Origin: Eledone cirrhosa
Taxonomy: Eukaryota
NCBI GenBank assembly: GCA_964016885.1
Contig: OZ024745.1
Span: 49,228,001 to 49,292,000 of the forward strand
DNA: 64,000 nt
Reading direction: 5' to 3'
Shown: positions 60,201-64,000 of the stretch, one piece after another
How the letters are laid out: every line of letters begins with the position of its first letter
How positions within the stretch are numbered: position 1 is the first letter of the stretch
Notes under the pieces: generated by a model
Databases searched by the model: none
What the model was told of the DNA's origin: nothing
What the model saw: only the letters and a program-made list of their open reading frames with translations
Translations under genes and position numbers: made by a program

Positions 60201-63200
60201 GTGAGTGAGTGACTGAGTTAGTGAGGGACTGAGTGAGTGAGTGGGTGAATGAGGGAGTGAGTAAACGAGTGAGTGAGTGAGTGAGTGAGTGAGTGAGTGA
60301 GTGAGTGAGTGAGTGAGTGAGTGAGTGAGTGAGTGAGTGAGTGAGTGAGTGGGTGAGTGGGTGAATGAGGGAGTGAGTAAATGAGTTAGTGAGTGAGTTA
60401 GTGAGTTAGAGAGGGAGTGAGTTAGTGAGTGATTGAATGAGGGAGTGAGTAAATGAGTTAGTGAGTGAGTTAGTGAGTAAGCGAGTTAGTGAGTGAATGA
60501 GTGAGTGAGTTAGTGAGGGAGTGAGTGAGTGAGTGGGTGAATGAGGGAGTGAGTAAATGAGTTAGTGAGTGAGTGACTGAGCGAGTGAGTGAGTGGGTGA
60601 GTGAGTGAGTGGGTGAATGAGGGAGTTAGTCAATGAGTTAGTGAGTGAGCGAGCGAGTGAGTGAGTGAGTGAGTGAGTGAGTGAGTTAGTGAGAGAGTGA
60701 GTGAGTGAGTGGGTGAATGAGGGAGTGAGTAAATGAGGTAGTGAGTGAGTGAGTGGGTGAATGAGGGAGTGAGTAAATGAGTTAGTTAGTGAGTGAGTGA
60801 GTGAGTTAGTGAATGAGGGAGTGAGTAAATGAGTTAGTGAGTGAGTGAGTGAGTTAGTGAGGGACTGAGTGAGTGAGTGGGTGAATGAGGGAGTGAGTAA
60901 ACGAGTGAGTGGGTGAGTGAGTGAGTGAGTGAGTGAGTGAGTGAGTGAGTAAGTGAGTGAGTGAGTGAGTGAGTGAGTGAGTGAGTGAGTGAGTGGGTGA
61001 GTGGGTGAATGAGGGAGTGAGTAAATGAGTTAGTGAGTGAGTTAGTGAGTTAGTGAGGGAGTGAGTTAGTGAGTGATTGAATGAGGGAGTGAGTAAATGA
61101 GTTAGTGAGTGAGTTAGTGAGTAAGCGAGTTAGTGAGTGAATGAGTGAGTGAGTTAGTGAGGGAGTGAGTGAGTGAGTGGGTGAATGAGGGAGTGAGTAA
61201 ATGAGTTAGTGAGTGAGTGAGCGAGTGAGTGAGTTAGTGAGGGAGTGAGTGAGTGAGTGAGTGGGTAAATGAGGCAGTGAGTAAACGAGTTAGTGAGTGA
61301 GTGACTGAGCGAGTGAGTGAGTGGGTGAGTGAGTGAGTGGGTGAATGAGGGAGTTAGTCAATGAGTTAGTGAGTGAGCGAGCGAGTGAGTTAGTGAGGGA
61401 GTGAGTGAGTGAGTGGGTGAATGAGGGAGTGAGTAAATGAGGTAGTGAGTGAGTGAGTGGGTGAATGAGGGAGTGAGTAAATGAGTTAGTTAGTGAGTGA
61501 GTGAGTTAGTGAGGGACTGAGTGAGTGAGTGGGTTAATGAGGGAGTGAGTAAATGAGTTAGTGAGTGAGTGAGCGAGTGAGTGAGTTAGTGAGGGAGTGA
61601 GAGAGTGAGTGAGTGAGTTAGTGAGGGAGTGAGTGGGTGAATGAGGGAGTGAGTGAGTGAGTGGGTGAATGAGGGAGTGAGTGCGTGAATGAGGGAGTGA
61701 GTAAATGAGTTATTAAGTGAGCGAGTGAGTGAGTAAGTGAGTGAGTGAGTGGGTGAATGAGGGAGTGAGTAAACGAGTTAGTGAGTGAGTGAGTGAGCGA
61801 TTGAGTGAGTGGGTGAGTGAGTGAGTGAGTGAGTGGTTGAGTGAGTGGGTGAATGAGGGAGTGAGTAAACGAGTTAGTGAGTAAGTGAGTGAGTGAGCGA
61901 GTGAGTGGGTGAGTGAGTGAGTGGGTGAATGAGGGAGTGAGTAAATGAGTTAGTGAGTGAGTGAGCCAGTGAGTGAGTTATTGAGTGAATGAGCGAGTGA
62001 GTGAGTTAGTGAGGGAGTGAGTGAGTGAGTGAATGAGTGAGTGAGTAAATGAGTTAGTGAGTGAGTGAGTGAGTGAGGGAGTGAGTGAGTGAGTTAGTGG
62101 GTGAATGAGGGAGTGAGTAAACGAGTTAGTGAGTGAGTGAGTGAGTGAGTGAGTGAGTGGGTGAATGAGGGAGTGAGTGGGTTAGTGAGGGAGTGAGTGA
62201 GTGAGTGAGTTAGTGAGGGAGTGAGTGAGTGAGTGGGTGAATGAGGGAGTGAGTAAATGAGGTAGTGAGTGAGTGAGTGAGTGGGTGAATGAGGGAGTGA
62301 GTAAATGAGTTAGTTAGTGAGTGAGTGAGTGAGTTAGTGAAGGAGGGAGTGAGTAAATGAGTTAGTGAGTGAGCGAGTGAGTGAGTTAGCGAGTGAGTGA
62401 GCGAGTGAGTGAGTTAGTGAGGGAGTGAGTTAGTGAGTGAGTGAGTGAGTGAGTTAGTGAGGGAGTGAGTTAGTGAGTGAGTGAGTGAGGGAGTGAGTAA
62501 ATGAGTTAGTGAGTGAGTTAGTTAGTGAGTGAGTGAGTGAGTGAGTGAATGAGGGAGTGTGTAAATGAGTTAGTGAGTGAGTGAGCGAGTGAGTGAGTTA
62601 GCGAGTGAGTGAGCGAGTGAGTGAGTGAGTGAGTGAGTGAGTGAGTGAGTGAGTGAGTGAGTGAGTGAGTGAGTGAGGGAGTGAGTAAATGAGTTAGTGA
62701 GTGAGTTAGTTAGTGAGTGAGTGAGTGAGTTAGTGAATGAGGGAGTGAGTAAATGAGTTAGTGAGTGAGTGAGTGAGTGAGTGAGTTAGTGAGGGAGTGA
62801 GTGAGTGAGTGGGTGAATGAGGGAGTGAGTAAATGAGGTAGTGAGTGAGTGAGTGAGTGGGTGAATGAGGGAGTGAGTAAATGAGTTAGTGAGTTAGTGA
62901 GTGAGTGAGTGAGTTAGTGAGGGAGTGAGTGAGTGAGTGGGTGAATGAGGGAGTGAGTAAACGAGTTAGTGAGTGAGTGAGCGAGTGAGTGAGTGAGTGA
63001 GTGAGTGGGTGAGTGGGTGAGTGAGTGAGTGAGTGAGTGAGTGAGTGAGTGAGTGAGTGAGTGAGTGGGTGAGTGGGTGAATGAGGGAGTGAGTAAATGA
63101 GTTAGTGAGTGAGTTAGTGAGTGAGTGAGTTAGTGAGGGAGTGAGTTAGTGAGTGAGTGAATGAGGGAGTGAGTAAATGAGTTAGTGAGTGAGTTAGTGA

Positions 63201-64000
63201 GTAAGCGAGTTAGTGAGTGAGTGAGTGAGTGAGTTAGTGAGGGAGTGAGTGAGTGAGTGAGTGGGTGAATGAGGGAGTGAGTAAATGAGTTAGTGAGTAA
63301 GCGAGTGAGTGAGTAAGTGAGTGAGTGAGTGAATGAGGGAGTGAGTAAACAAGTTAGTGAGTGAGTGAGTGAGTGAGCGTGCGAGTGAGTGAGTGAGGGA
63401 GTGAGTGAGTGAGTGGGTGAATGAGGGAGTGAGTAAATGAGTTAGTTAGTGAGTGAGTGAGTGAGTTAGTGAATGAGGGAGTGAATAAATGAGTTAGTGA
63501 GTGAGTGAGTGAGTGAGTGAGTGAGTGAGTTAGTGAGTGACTGAGTGAGTGAGGGAGTGAGTGAGTGAGTGGGTGAATGAAGGAGTGAGTGAGTGAGTGA
63601 GTGAGTGAATGAGGGAGTGAGTAAATGAGTTAGTGAATGAGGGAGTGAGTAAATGAGTTAGTGAATGAGGGAGTGAGTAAATGAGTTAGTGAGGGAGTGA
63701 GTGAGTGAGTGAGTGAGTGAGTGAATGAGGGAGTGAGTAAACAAGTTAGTGAGTGAGTGAGTGAGTGAGTGAATGAGGGAGTGAGTAAACAAGTTAGTGA
63801 GTGAGTGAGTGAGCGTGTGAGTGAGTGGGTCAGTGAGTGAGTGGGTGAGTGAGTGAGTGAGTGGGTGAATGAAAGAGTGAGTAATCGAGTTAGTGAGTGA
63901 GTGAGTGAGTGAGTGGGTGAATGAGTGAGTGAGTGAGTGGGTGAGTGGGTGAATGAGGGAGTGAGTAAACGAGTTAGTGAGTGAGTGAGTGAGTGAGTGA
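54261..64000. repeat. Complex (GAGT)n-derived satellite, >9.7 kb, running off the window
   Basis: Modules gggtgaatgagggagtgagtaaatgagttagt and (gagt)n. The plus strand is almost devoid of C. Confidence 0.97.

Overview
AT-rich, microsatellite-laden eukaryotic DNA. The tRNA-derived SINE family and the (TA)n/(CA)n density suggest an octopus-type cephalopod, which is an inference. No intact cellular gene is visible, and nearly all listed ORFs are microsatellite artefacts. The window is a transposon graveyard. It holds a mariner relic, a full-length but disrupted Tx1/L1-clade LINE with a 15-bp TSD inside a minisatellite, three Penelope-like element (PLE) remnants, RTE and CRE RT fragments, a rearranged Merlin/IS1595-like transposon, MITEs, SINEs, several minisatellites and a >9.7-kb (GAGT)-type satellite. 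The main signal is three unrelated non-coding insertions (13.0-14.1 kb, 47.0-47.7 kb and a 310-bp tandem array at 50.1-53.6 kb). Each sits in (TA)n, is arranged head-to-head with 3' ends pointing outward, and carries the same type I minimal hammerhead ribozyme: CUGANGA, a 14-nt stem-loop II with a UAAYA loop, GAAA, a 4-nt palindromic stem III, UH, a UA(U) bulge and a long clamp helix. Together with the PLE remnants this looks like a retrozyme-type system (small self-cleaving, possibly circular RNA) mobilised by PLEs. All alignments and folds were done by eye.
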